Positions 11,245-24,340 of a stretch of 64,000 bases of DNA are shown here, piece by piece. The stretch is taken from assembly GCA_036867785.1 (NCBI GenBank), contig CP145417.1, positions 1,302,001 through 1,366,000 of the forward strand. The letters are read 5' to 3'. The notes beneath the pieces are model-generated. The model ran no database searches. It saw only the letters and a program-made list of their open reading frames with translations, and was not told where the DNA came from. The position numbers and the translations under genes are program-made. The stretch is from Plasmodiophora brassicae. Its lineage: Eukaryota. Within the stretch, counting starts at the first letter, position 1. Each line of letters opens with the position of its first letter.

Positions 11245-11530
11245 GTCGACGACGACGGTGCGTCCGATGCAATTGCCGGATGGCAGACGGAGGCGCTGGA
11301 TGCGACGCCGACGCCGACGTCGAAGCTCCACCTGAAAGCGTACTGTGCGGCGCGGTTGCTTTAAATCTAGCCCGCGACTCCGTCTCCATCACCGTGTCGA
11401 AGGCTTGACGCAACCAAACGTCGCACACCGAGTGCGGTTAAAGGATACCCGGGACATGCTGCTGCTTGCCCAGCAGATGCGGCGGTACGGTGTTATGTAC
11501 GTCAGTGCATTGCGGAGCGCGAACCGCACA
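11245..11530 (+). pseudogene. Decayed copy of the NUDT14-like gene 5' part
   Basis: DDDGASDAIAGWQTEALDATP...LKAY vs GDDGASDTVPIAEWQMEALGATPSPYLKAY; stops, deletions, no Nudix box. Confidence 0.8.
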
Positions 11531-11862
11531 TCCATCGGACGTCGCCGGTGACGGACGTGGCCAGCGCAGGGGGTCTGGCATTGCGCCAGGCAGGTGTTCG
11601 AGTCCACGAGACTCGGCGATGTTTCTGTCCTCGATCGCGCGTCACACGCACAGCCCCAGATCCCGTTGCGTCGCAGGCTCGCGACAGGAACAGGTGCGGC
11701 AGTCCACCGGGAAGCACCTACCAGCCGCAGTGGGTGCGTAGCGCGCCACTGGGGGCGCCACCCTGATCGTGTCGTTGTTTTTGCGGAGTGTGCGGGGGCG
11801 ACGGCGGTGCGCGCACGTCGTTAACCCGACGACCGAACCATTCTTTGATTCGCTCCGGGGCC

Positions 11863-14800
11863 ATGGACAACTATCACGTCCTGGAGCCGATCGGCGAGGG
11901 GTCGTTCGGCAAGGTCTACAAGGCGCGGCACAAGGCGACCGGCCACCTGGTCGCCATGAAGTTCATCACGAAGCGCCGATCGCAGGAGGTCCTCCTGCGG
12001 CAGGTCGGTCGGTGATGCCCCCGCGTGCGCGCTGCCCCTCCCCTCAGGTTGGCCGCCGTTGCGACAGGAAATCGCCATCCTGCAGGACCTGAACCATCCC
12101 AACATCATCCTCCTGCTGGACTCGTTCGAGACCAACGCCGAGATCTGCCTGGTCACCGAGTTCGCCCAGGGCGAGCTGTTCCAGGTCCAGGCGGCGTTGC
12201 CGCCCTCCCCGTTCCGGGTTTCCAACACGCGTGCCCCGTTTGATAGGTCCTCGAGGACGACAAACGGCTGCCCGAGGCCATTATCCGTCGGATCGCGATC
12301 GAGCTCGTCGCCGCCCTGCACTACCTGCATTCGCATCGCGTCATCCATCGCGACATGAAACCGCAGGTCGGCGTGGCCGCTGCCCTTCGTGTGTGTGTGT
12401 GTGTGGGCATGCGCGTCCTGACCGACGCGCGCCTGCAGAACATCCTGATCGGGGCGGGCGGATCCGTCAAGCTCTGCGATTTCGGGTTCGCGCGGTCCCT
12501 GTCCACCCACTCGATCTGCATGACGTCCATCAAGGGGACGCCGCTCTACATGGTTCGGTCACGCGCCCACCGCCGTCACCTTTCGCTCGCACGTCGACTC
12601 ACGGTCGTTCGCCCCACCTGGCCAGGCACCTGAACTCGTGCAGGAGAAGCCGTACGATCATACGGGTGGGGGGCGTGCCCAACCCGCTCGATGCACACGT
12701 TGCGCTGACTCGCGTGCCGCTGCCGTAGTGGACCTGTGGTCGCTGGGCGTCATCCTGTACGAGCTGTTCGCCGGGCACCCGCCGTTCTACACGAAGAGCA
12801 TCTACACGCTGATCCACCGGATCGTGAAGGACCCGGTCGCGTACCCGGACGACATGTCGAAGCGGTTCCGCTCGTTCATCACCGGCCTGCTCCAGAAGGA
12901 GCCCAGGTCGGCCCAGCGCTGCCCACCCCGGCGTCGTTCGCGGGCTGACATCGCGTTCCGTTTAGCAAGCGTCTGTCCTGGCCCCAGCTGTTGCGACATC
13001 CGTTCATCCGAGAGACGGACGACGAGAGGAGGAGCAGGACCGAGCGCATATCGTCGCCGAGGTAGGGCGCCGTCCCCCATTCTTCATTGCCGCCTGCCCC
13101 TAACCCGGCCCAGGGACCGGTTGTGCAATTCGCAGTTCCGGTTCCAGACGTCGCTGGTCGTGGACAAGGAGAACGTTGGCGCGTCGCACGCGGACGACAA
13201 GACGCCGTCGAACAAGACGACGGGCGCCCAGACGCCGCTGGCGCTGACGAACAAGTCGGCCGGGTTCGGGAAGCTGGCCGGCGGCGGTCGCCAGCAGCAA
13301 CGGCAACAACCCTGGCCGTACGCCCTGGCGGTAACCGATCCGGCGTACGCTCGCACGCTTCGCAACGATGCCGGCTTCCAGGTCGACGTGACGGACGCGA
13401 TCCAGGTCGTCGTCGCTGCTGCACAGCGGCCTGTTTCGCTGGTTGACCTTGCCGATGTGCGCGTAGGTGGGGAGCACGGTGGCGAACGACGTCTGGGAAA
13501 CGCTTCTGGCCGTCGTCCGCGTCGGGCCGACGTCGCGCCCCGGCGACCGCGCCTTCCTGGTGCACGTCACGCCGCTGATCCTGCAGCAGCTGAGCGTCGG
13601 CAGCGACCGGGCGACCCTGCTGCAGTGTGTCGACGCCGTCTGCGGCCAGTGCTTCGTCGAGGAGGCCGCCGACGACTCGGCGCTGGCGTCCGCCCCGGAC
13701 GACGTGTTCGCCGCCGTCTCGGTGCACTTCCTGCCGCTGGTCCCGTCCATGCTGCAGGGCCCTGCAGACTGTATCCCGATCGTGCTCGCCATCGTCTGGA
13801 AGTGCGTTCGGCAATTCGCGTCCAACCCGTTCTGCGGTGGGAAAACGTTCGTGGACGCCGTCTGCGACCCGAGGTTCGTTTGCCGGCCGGGGGAATGCAT
13901 CGAGCCGTCTGACGTGTCGCGATAGTGTCCCCGTGATCAAGGCGTTGATATCGGCACTGTCGGTGTCGTCGTCGACGAACACGGCGCTGTGCATTCTGTC
14001 GGACCTGGTCGCTCCGGCGACGGGCCTGACGCTGGCGTTCCCGCTCGGCGGCGAACAAACGAACGCGGTCCAAGTCGAGCAGGTGACGACGACGCCGGAG
14101 AAGGAACCCGGCCGGTCCTCGTCCCGTCACCTGGTCGCCATTCCGTGCTGGCAATCGGCCGTAGGTGACGCGCGCGCTTCGCCGTCTGGAACTCGTCGTC
14201 CCCTGAGCCGATCTCGTCGTTCAAAGGTTGTGTCGCACGTCGCCGACGTCGTGTGCGAAACCCAGTCCATGGCGCTGCTGTGCACCCTGCTGCTGGAATC
14301 GCATCGACCTGAGATTCTCGTTCCGATCCTGCGGATCCTGCGACGGGTAACCGATCGTGGTTTGCTCTTCGGTCACACGCTCTGACATTGCGCTCTGGGG
14401 CGCCAGGTCTGTCGTCACTCATCCGCCTGCCGGACGGATCTGCTGTCCCACGTACGTGGCGCAAAGGTGCATGACTCTGACCCTGCCGTAGTGACTCTTG
14501 CCCTCGTGTACAGGCACCAGCAGTGGAGCGGCTCGTTGCGCTGGCCAGTATGGCCGGGTCGTCGTCGTCGAATCTACAGCCGGCCGCCCTTGCACTATTA
14601 GGTTGCCGCGACCAACGGACCCGGTTGCCGTGACGAAAGCTGAATCTTCTCTGGCAGTGTTAACGGACGCTGGCGTCGCGTTGAGGCACATGTCGCTGTC
14701 GGACTGCCGGGCGTGCATCGTCAGCGGGTGCCCCATGGTGAACGTCGCAGGCGGCGTCGCGCTTGCGTCGATCTCCACGGTACGTTCGCTAGGGTGCTCG

Positions 14801-16974
14801 GCAATGCAGCGCCGAGCTGATCGGCGCCGGCAGGAGCTGTCGCTGACGCACGTGATGGGCGACGATCGGGTCCTGCATGCGCTCGTGGCCATGGCGGACA
14901 GTCAGCGCCGCAAGTCGTGCACCGAGAGCACGGACCCGATGGTCGCCGTCGAGCCGAACGCCTGGGAGCTCGCCAACAACGACCTCCAGGGCACCTGCTA
15001 CGGGCCGCTCGGTACCGCGTCGTTGTGCAACCTGTTGCATGCTTATCGATTGCGTTGTGCAGACGTTGCCTACTTCGACGCCTACGTGGCGCTGCTGAGG
15101 CAGTGCGCCTGCAATGACGACGATGCATCATCGTCATCGTTCCTGGATGCCGTACACGCCTGCGGCCTATGGCAACGCCTGGGTGACGGGCTCCACCTCC
15201 AGCACGTGTGGAACTGGTTGTCGTCATCGGGCGTCCGCCTCCTCCTGGACCTGTTCTACACCGTGCTGGCGAGGTGCCGCTCGCCGAACCTGTCCAGGTT
15301 CATGATCGAGGTCGGCGGATCCGCGCGCGCTGCTGACGTCGTCGGGTGCTGACCGCTCGTTGTACAGTCGGTGTTCTCCGGTGCCATTTGCCTGCTGCAC
15401 GAGTTCCGATTGAACAAGCTGTCGTGCTGGCCGGAGGAGCTCGGCGGTGGACCTCGACAGGTACGCGCCTGGCGCTCGCGCTGCCCCGTTGCCGTTGACG
15501 AACCCGACCTTCAGGTCGCGCTGCTCGTCGACGACGTCGTGCGCCTGCTGAGTCTGCCGTTGGCCATGTCGGACCTGGATTCAGTGACGCTGGCGAAAGT
15601 GCAGAAAGCCATGTAGGGGCCGGCTCCGCGTCCACGTGACCGTGCCAGCTGAATCGGGCGGGCGCAGGTACAATCAGCACGCCGTCCAGCACCTGATCAA
15701 TGCGATCGTTCACGCGGGGCCGTTCGCGGACGGCGGTGACGGAGGCCCGACCGCGATCGTCGGCCTCCTGACCCGGCTGGTCTGCTCGTCAAAGCATTTC
15801 GCCCGGCAGTTTGTCGACTACAACGGCCTGCACATGTTCAGCGTCCAGCGCTTCTTCTTCGACAGTGTCATGCCGTCGGACGCGTTCCTCGGCGACGTAA
15901 GCGGTGGCCGTCCTGCGTCGGCGTGGCGCCGTCTGACGTTCGGGCAGGTCCTCACGCTTCTCACGCAGCTGGCAAGGACCGACCAGTCCAACTATCAACA
16001 CATTCACCAGTCGAACGTGTACGACGCGCTGAACACGTTCCTGACCCATGAGCAAGCCGAGATTCGCGCCAAGGTACGTGTGTGAGCGCTGCGGTTTGGC
16101 GGTGCCGGGCGCTGACGGACGGTCCCAGGCCTGCAACCTGATCGGGAACCTGTGCCGCCACTCGCCCTTCTTCTACCGGCACCTGCGCGATAACAATGTC
16201 CTGTCTGCGCTCATGGACCGCTGCCGTGATCGGGACGCACATGTAGGGCTCGAGGGGGGCGACCGACGCCGCCGCCGTCGCTCGCCCGCGTGCTGACACC
16301 ACCACCGCCCATCAGGTCCAGAAGTACGCCGCGTTCGCCATCGGCAACGCCGTGTACCACAACGATGACCTGTGCGCGTCGCTCTCCCCTTGTATACCGG
16401 ACCTGGTCGCGGCCCTGTCTGTTCCTGGCATCACCGTCGGTTGTCGATCCATCGGGCGTGCCGCCCCTGGCGTTGCTGACGTGCGCGACCTTCAGGTACC
16501 CGGTAACGGCGTTGACCGCCGCATCGCTATCAACGCGGCCGGGGCGCTAGGCAACCTGGTCCGGTTCTCCGACAAGGTCGTCCCCGACCTGCTGGCCGCC
16601 ATGTGCATTGAGACCCTGCTGAACTGCATCGGTATGCTGCTGGCGGTACTGGGCAGGGCAGACGCGACGAGCAGTGGGCTGACGAGGCCGGCGTTAGGGA
16701 ACGCCAGCGCGGACGCCGTTGTTCGACGGACGTGCATGTACTCGCTGGCGAACATGTGCACGTTCGACGCGTGCAGGCAGCGCCTGCAAAGGTTCCAGTA
16801 CAGCAAGGTCGGTCTGCAGCGGGTGTGGGCGACGCCGCGCGTTGCTGACGGGGCGGGCGGTCGCGTGCACAGATCCTGGTCGGCGTGGTCGCGCAGCTGA
16901 ACGACTCGGACGAGGCGCTCAAGTTCGCGCGGCGCATCGTGCACAAGATGAACCCGAACGGCAACTGGATCTAG
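11863..16974 (+). CDS. STK36: Fused/STK36 (TIO-like) Ser/Thr kinase with C-terminal ARM/HEAT repeats, multi-exon
   Basis: [76 protein letters not shown]-terminal [29 protein letters not shown]. Confidence 0.92.
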
Positions 16975-17135
16975 GGCGCGTACGCGCGCTGTCATTGTTC
17001 CAGCGTGGCAAACGGCGGCGTCTGCCCGGGGAGACCATCGTTCAGGCGGCTGGTGTGTGCGGGGCCGACCCGCCGACTAATTAAACGTGTGTGCGCCTGC
17101 TTGTATTCGCATGCGTTCGGGTGCGGGCCCCGTGC

Positions 17136-17775
17136 CTAGGTCGACGCGTCGTTGTCGCCGGCGCTGGATGGGTCCGCATCGGCGTCGTGCAGGTGCCGCA
17201 CGGTCACTTCCTGCAACTTCTGGACGGGCATCTCCGGCGAGCGCTCCGCCTTCACCTGTGCCAGCAGCAAACAAACCGCGTTTGGACGCCGACAGCGACG
17301 ACGCGTGCCCTGCTTACGATCGCCTCGGAATCCGACGCCAGGTACTCGTCCCAGTCCGCATCACCCTGCGCCCGCTTGATCGTGTCGCCTGCGCGGGGCC
17401 CCATTCAGCAGACGTGCGTCCCACATGCGCACTGTTCGCCGGCGTACGCTTCACATGCTGGCCGATGACCTCGGGGTCGTTGTCGCACACGTGGCTGTAC
17501 TGCCCCATGGGGCGCCGCGCGTAACGCCAGGCCCCCGCAGCTGCCCCGCCGACCGTTCGCCGCTGCATGCAGCTCGTCCACCTGCGCGGGCCGCAAAAAC
17601 GGAATGACGCGCAGCGTCGGGTCGGGTCGGGTCGCCGACGCGCCTCCTCCAACCAGAGCCAGAGCTGCACGCGATGCCGTTGGCGCAAAACAACAACGCA
17701 CACGCAGGGAGGGGGCCCTCAGATATCGCGCGCGGCCTGAATATTTATGAGGTGGGCACCTTGACGATGTACCAT
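17136..17775 (-). CDS. Small protein with probable mitochondrial presequence, 5 exons
   Basis: Spliced by eye: MVHRQALALVGGGAWTSCMQRR...HVCDNDPEVI...DWDEYLASDSEAIVKAERSPEMPVQKLQEVTV; the DNDPE / W.E.LASDSEA.VKA.R pattern recalls an uncharacterised fungal family. Confidence 0.65.
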
Positions 17776-17874
17776 CGGGCAGGGAGGGGGACGGGACGGG
17801 GTGATCTTCGCGCGGGCAACAGCGCGCGTCGACTCGGTGGCCACGTCGACGTTGGGCGATCGATGCGGAGCGGG

Positions 17875-19338
17875 TCACCAGTCCGGTGCGGGGATGATGT
17901 CCAAACGCTTCCTGCGGCACTGAACGGCGGTTAGATTGCGGCGCGCCCGCGCGTGCACCTCCTGGGGGCGCGCGAACCTTAAGGACGAACAGCGAGATCG
18001 CGAACGCCCCGGTCAACGTGACGCCGAACCCGGCGAGCAGGTATATGATCGTGGGTTCAGGTGACGGCGGGCTCGGCGGCGTTGTCACGTGCGACGACGC
18101 ATCGATCATCGGGCGGATGGGCGACAGCGACCGCAGCGCTCTCCGATCGACGGCCGACTGGAGGAACTTGACCGCCAACCCGGCAGCGATTGCACTGGAC
18201 ACCGATGCCGCAATCCCTGCGGGGGGAACCACAACGTCGTCAGCACCGGCATCGTCCAACAACGTACAGGTTTGCGAACCGGAGCGAACCGCGGAGCGCC
18301 CGACCGGTTGACGTTGCGCTGGGGTCCACTTGACGAGATGACCGGCGGCAATTAGTCCAAGACCGAACATGGACGAACCCCAGACAGGTCCGGCACCGGC
18401 TACCCCGCCGTCCTGCGACGCAGGGGTTAGCTTGCGTTGGGGTGTTGTGGACGTCAACCCGTACACGTACCTGTTGGCCAAGTCGTCGCTTTGCCTCTGT
18501 AAACTCGAGTTCCGTGTTTGCGAGTTCAGTTCTGGCGTTGTTCCAGAGTGACGTCACGTTCGCCACTTCTGCTGCCCGTTCCCGAGCGAGTTGTTCGAAC
18601 TTTACGGCCGATCGCATCATGGCATTCTTGCCCTTTGTACATATTTCCAGTTCCTTGCGCATCCTTGCATTGTTTTGTCGGCACGCCTTCAACAACACGA
18701 GAGTGTGTTCCACGTCATCACCCTTCTCTAATGCATCAATGAAGGCATCCTTATCTGCCAGTGCTTTCCTGTATGCCTCTTCATTCAACCTATTGCTCTC
18801 ATGTAGCGACTCCACCTCCGCTCGTAGCCGGCGCTGATCGCTGGAAACCGATTCGCTGCAGACCAGTTCGCCTACATCGTTCACGATACGATTTCGTATC
18901 AGATCCCGCTGCAGCATCTGTGAGCACAACCGGGCGTGGGTGACGTCCTGAACGGGCCTTACCAGAGGTTCGTTGGGGGCCGCGTATCGTCGATAGCTAC
19001 CTTTGCCATCGGGGATTGGCATCACAGCTTTTTCTACTGTACGTTCGATGCGGTGCAACTCGCCAGCGATCGACTGTGGGGTGCACACGCGTAAGATGGG
19101 CATATACAATAAGGAGCCAGACGATGATAACTACCTTCTTCAGCTGATCCAGTATGAATCCATGACGGCCTTCCGGCACCACGACCGTGGCAATGATGGC
19201 CGCGATCGTCGCCGTGCAATTATCGAGCGACTCAGCGCAAGCCTCCTCGATCGCCGATTCGTCGCTGCCTCCCCATGATTGTACAGCTGGCACAAGGAGC
19301 GCTGACACGATAACCCCAGCCGTTGCCATCGTCCACAT
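17875..19338 (-). CDS. Array family gene B
   Basis: MWTMATAGVIVSALLVPAVQSW...ACAESLDNCTATI...VVPEGRHGFILDQLKK; coiled coil; GIAASVSSAIAAGLAVKFLQS; TM IIYLLAGFGVTLTGAFAISLFVLK; tail CRRKRLDIIPAPDW*. Confidence 0.8.
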
Positions 19339-19609
19339 CGCTGCTGGCCGACGACGACGTTGATGGTAATCAGCTGGCGCTCCACGGTCAGCTCTGGCCC
19401 GACCGAAAACAGCGCAGTCGGCAGATTGGGCCCCGAAATCCTATTTCAGGACGCGCCCCTGCTTGCATCGGTTGGTGTGAATCTGCGCTGATCTTCCAGT
19501 GCGCGCAAACGGTTGACGTGTTTCTTAGTTTGGAAACGTGATGTGCGGACGTCGCTTCCCCAGACGGCGAGTCATCGGTACGTACGCAAAGGTCATATAG
19601 ATGACGAAC

Positions 19610-19800
19610 AAGGTGCCTTCCGCATCGTAAGGCAGGTGAGTGCCAGACTTGAAGTCAGAATCACGCGTACCGGTGCGCTTCAGCAGTCACCTGTCCTTGA
19701 GTACAGCACAAGACACACTTTAGGCACAACTGGGCGTGCGCAGTAGATCATGTGGCCCAAACCCAGAGGGCCTTCAAGGCCGATCATCCACCAGCGATGA
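19610..19800 (-). pseudogene. Relic of the last intron and exon of a gene-A-like copy
   Basis: Aligns with 8150-8345 (cttgaagtcag.atcacgcgtaccggtgcg.ttcagcag...aacccagagg). Confidence 0.75.
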
Positions 19801-20001
19801 TGTTCGCATCGCGCAGGTCGGTTAGACGACGTCCCAGGCAGAGCCATGGCATCACGACTATTCACGAAGATGTAAAACAACAACTAAATGCTACGAATTG
19901 ACGGTGACTTAATTCAGCCGTCGTCACGTACGTGCTCATGGAGCCAACCAAGTTCATGGAAGTGTTTGGAATGCAATGTCGCTTCGGTGCATCGACGAAT
20001 G

Positions 20002-21317
20002 TCACCACATGATGTAATTGGAGTCCCTCGTCGATAACGCTCTTTTCAAACGTCGCTATACGAGACAGGGCCGCGAGTCAAGACACGAATAGTGTTTGGG
20101 ACCGGTTGCCAACCTTGAGGCGAGCCATCGAAACGACCAGGCCGGTAAGCAGGACGGCGAACGTGCCAGCGAGGACGTAAGCGATGATGCAGTTCGTCGA
20201 TGAACGAACGAGGGCAAAGTTCGGTGCATCGGCCGGACGACCCGACGACATTGATTGAGACGCCGCCAAGGCGGATGCCGATTGGAACGCCTTCAATGCC
20301 ACACCTCCAGCGATGGCACCCGATACGGACGACGCAATCCCTGGCGCGATCACAACGTCATCAGCACATGGAACTGTGCAACTAGGCTAAAGAAACAAAC
20401 CGAAGCCACGCTTGGGCTGAAGAACGGGAACGCCTTTAGCCGGCGTTATCGTGGGCTTGCTGACAAGAGCGATACCGTATCCAAGAGCGAATAGGGCAGC
20501 ACCAGCGACGAGTACTTGACCGCGCCACCGGATCTGCCAGTACGAACCAAACGATCAGACGACTTGCATATTGGACTTACCAGATCCCTATTGAACCGTG
20601 CCAGTTGCGTCAGGTTGCATGCCAATACTGCCACTGTGTTTCCCTCCATGACCAATGTTGGGGTGCTGGCCGTGCAAAGTTATCTGACCCAGCCGTTCTT
20701 TCAGCGTTGGTTTCCGTGAGGGTCGCGCAGGTGCCTAGAAGTACTTACACGATTCAGCTCTGCCGATTTGGCATCCAGTAACGCCTGCGTTGCATTGAGG
20801 CGATCCTCTAGATCCGCTTTGAAGACGGCGTCGACGCCTTTGCACGTCAGGTCGTCTGAAGCGTCCACCAAGCGCCGTCGTATGATGGCCAGCTGTATAC
20901 ATTTTCCTTCGTCAGCACGACGCTTTAATTTGGCGATATGGAAACCCATACCAGCTCTCTATTGCGACTGATTTTCGCAACAGGTAATTTCTTGATAGCT
21001 CCTTTGAAAATACATGTTCTCTCGCCATCGATTGCCTGTGAAGGTGGATTTGATCAGCAATGATCCGTAGCGGAGGCGCCACGATCCGGGAAGACACCAA
21101 CCCGCTTAAGCTCGCCCAATATGAATTCGTGCTGGCCTGTAGGTACCACTACAAGCTCAAGGATGTTGGCAATTGCGCTCATGCACCTATGGAGGGAAAC
21201 GTTGCATGACGTGGTGATAGCTGTCACGTGGGTGTCACTCCACGATATCGTTAATGATTTCGCGCTCGTAACCAGGAGCGCCGTCGCTATGAAGGTGACT
21301 GTCAGCAACTTGGTCAT
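20002..21317 (-). CDS. Array family gene C
   Basis: MTKLLTVTFIATALLVTSAKS...SCNVSLHRCMSAI...VVPTGQHEFILGELKR; GIASSVSGAIAGGVALKAFQS; TM IIAYVLAGTFAVLLTGLVVSM; tail RRLKRAL...W*. Confidence 0.75.
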
Positions 21318-22180
21318 CGCCGCTGGACGCAGACAATGAGACTGATGGCTGATCAGGTGGTCGTCCGCCGATTCGCTTGCGGGGTTCGAGCTGACGTCCC
21401 CCCACAGGCCAACTGGATAATAGGGCCCGTATTTCTAATTCCGGGATCGCACTGCTCAGAATTGGCAAACCCGCGCATCTGACGTTGCAGCGGGAGCAAC
21501 CGGCGTCAGCCACTGGCTGGACTTGGGGACACCACAAGTCCACCACGAAACGATGCGCGAACGGGCGCCAGGTTGGGTTGGGAGTGTTAGTCCTGGTTGG
21601 TGACTCGCGACGGTTGATTGTAACGCTGTCGAAGCGTCCCGGAACGTTAATTTGCAGCTTTCTGACGGAAATATCGAGCGAGGCCTTGAGAGCACACAGC
21701 CTCCTCGGTGTCGATTATTGCTCGGAGAACGCAGCAGCTCGGTTTCCCACTTCTTCGGTTTGTCAAGGGCGATATACCTTCCGACGATGACATCGCCGAT
21801 ACCGGATGCGAGGCGCTTCCCCCCAGCAAACAGTCGTCTTCAGTTTCGCAAGTGGAAACGTTGGTGTCTGTCTTCCCCGTCCTGGATGATGCATTAGCTG
21901 AACGTATCTATTCATGCAGGAACGAAAGCCACCACCATTGACGACAATGGGCACGTCTAGGCTGAACCCGTTGCAGACAGTGTGCATCCGCGAGAGCGAC
22001 CGCCTGAGGTCTTCAAGTTCCACACACGATCAACCGAAATAATGTTTGGCCAGAGCGGACGACCACGTGCACTGACGAAACTGAACGGTTCGAAAGAACA
22101 GTAAGTGGTGGAGGTTCATTGTTCGCGCTCGTTAGTGACACGACGTACACGAGGCCAGTAGACGACAGACGTGATCGATA

Positions 22181-23835
22181 TCAGTTCACCATCAGACGGC
22201 GCTGAACAGGGTGGCTTCATGTCAACAATATATTGGTAGCGAATCGTTTGAGAGCATCACCAACCTTGAAATAAACAAAAGTGAAGACCAGAACGACAGC
22301 CAGGGCGGAGCAAACGCCTGCCAAGGTGTAGATGACCACCGTGCGGCCAGGCGATGAAGACACGGGGGTCGCAGTTGGGGGACTGATCTGGCCAACTTTC
22401 GGGGACGGTTTCGAGGTCGTCTTGGAAGCTGTCGCCGACTGGACAACCTTCAATGCGACACCTCCAGCAATGGCAATCGACACAGCAGTCGTCGACACTG
22501 CCCCTGAGCGCATCATAGCATCAATACAGGATTGTCAGGAGAACATGGGCGCGACAAACCTGAGAAGAGCCTCGGCTGAGCAACAGGTGCAATTTCCCCC
22601 GCCTTGGGCTTGGCGAAATGACTGACAACGTGTCCGACCGCTGAGGCGGCCGTCCCTACCAGCAGACCAGCGCCGAGCATCTGAGAGGAACACGTCATCT
22701 CATTCATTGAGGATGTTGACGACTCCAGCAGATATCAATCTCACCTGTTTGCCACGCTTCTTCACCGCCGCCTGCGAACTGTTTCTCGTGTCGGCAAGCA
22801 ACGATTTCGTGCGTGCCAGTTCTCGTTGGCACATTTCAAGGCTGGAAGACGTCCGATTAACCACCAGCTGCATTTCCTTTACCTGTGCGCCCAACTTCAA
22901 TGCATTCCGCTCATGCAGTTGGATCTTGAGTAACGCCTGATCTTTCAATAGACGATCGTCTTCCTCGAACGACGACAGATCCGTTTGTTGGTTTACACAT
23001 GCGTTCGCCAATGACGGCTCTTGATGCAGCGCATTCAGCTCAGAGGTCAGGCAGGTCTGCGCCTCTTGTCCAGCTGTTAGTTCTGGAAGGCCAACCGCGG
23101 TCGCATTGACGTCTTCAGCGTCTTGGTTGCCACGAGCGGAAGTCGTAGCATTGTTCCCAGGAGGAGAATTCTGTTGACAGAGTATGTGACCGTTCAGAGC
23201 ATACTGGTAACAACGCTGATTAGGGCCCCGTAACTGACAGGAATGTTAGAAGAGCTGAATGCTTCCTTAAGGACGTCGACGACCTGCCCTTGTAAGACCT
23301 TCCGCTGTCGTCCCGGTTATTATCGTTCGCAGTGAGGAAAAATGTCTTACCAGATCCTCGTTATAGGCCACCCATTCACGAGCCCTTCGGCTTGACCACT
23401 CCCAATACAGCTGTCTGGTGGTCCACAATGTCTCCAGGGATTTCACAACCTGTAAGGAATTGCGATCAATGACAAGACTCCATCACGTTCATCCTCGACG
23501 CCGAACGTTTGTCAATTCGGTGAAGTCTCTCATCAACACTTGTGGGCCCACGTCGATGCTAGTCAGTGCCTGGAACGACACGTTAGTCAGCGAACGCTAC
23601 GACGCTGCAGCGGCATGGAGACCAATACCTTTTTCAGCTCATCCATGAAGAGCTGGTATTGGTCTTCAGGAACGATCGTCGATTTCATGGCGGACATGAT
23701 CGCGCTCATGCACTTCTCGAGGGACTTGGGACACTCCGTTTTGATCGTGTCCCCGTCGCTCTCAGCCCATGGTCTGGCGTTGGCTGAAAGGACGAGCGCA
23801 AACATTACGCAGCCAATCGTGGTCGTGCTCCACAT
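22181..23835 (-). CDS. Array family gene D
   Basis: MWSTTTIGCVMFALVLSANARPW...ECPKSLEKCMSAI; VNRTSSSLEMCQREL; LGAGLLVGTAASAVG; IAIAGGVALKVVQS; TM; short tail RRLMVN*. Confidence 0.78.
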
Positions 23836-24340
23836 CCTCGATCGGTGTGTAGTCCGAACACAACGAGAATCGACAGCGCTGGATCGATCAGTCTGTCCGA
23901 GCGGACCGCAGCGTGCAGTCGGCTAAATCGGGCCGATACCCATTTCGGGGCACCACCCGGCACGAGCACGTTACCATTCCAGGTTCCTCCTACCTACCTA
24001 TGTATGTAGGCATGCCCCATAGTCCTAACAGGGCGCATACGTTCATGCCCCCACAGGGTTCATGAGTCGTGCCACATCACGGTGACCCAGTCGCAGTCAT
24101 TGCTGCCCTCCAATGTATTCTCATGATCCAGAAACACCATCAGCCATTGTCAATCGACATCCAATAACTGACAGCTGATAATAATCTGAGGGACCATATC
24201 AAAAGTCTCTCAGGTAAACGAACTGATTATCGGCTAACAACGGGCCCGCTTGCCATCGTACACAAAGACATCAACCTCGTCTCAACTTCATTGCAAGAAC
24301 ATCACGGTTCTGGCGCCGGGTCAATACTCGGTCGACGTCC

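Noticed and set aside
12389-12404. (GT)n microsatellite in a kinase intron; also the GAC run at 55480-55510
   Set aside because: Ordinary short repeats; the latter encodes poly-Asp
14450-14835. Apparent long intron or insertion in STK36
   Set aside because: Resolves into two further short exons with GT-AG introns
21460-22030. Coding-like stretch between genes C and D
   Set aside because: Only short broken ORFs, with no homology I can recognise
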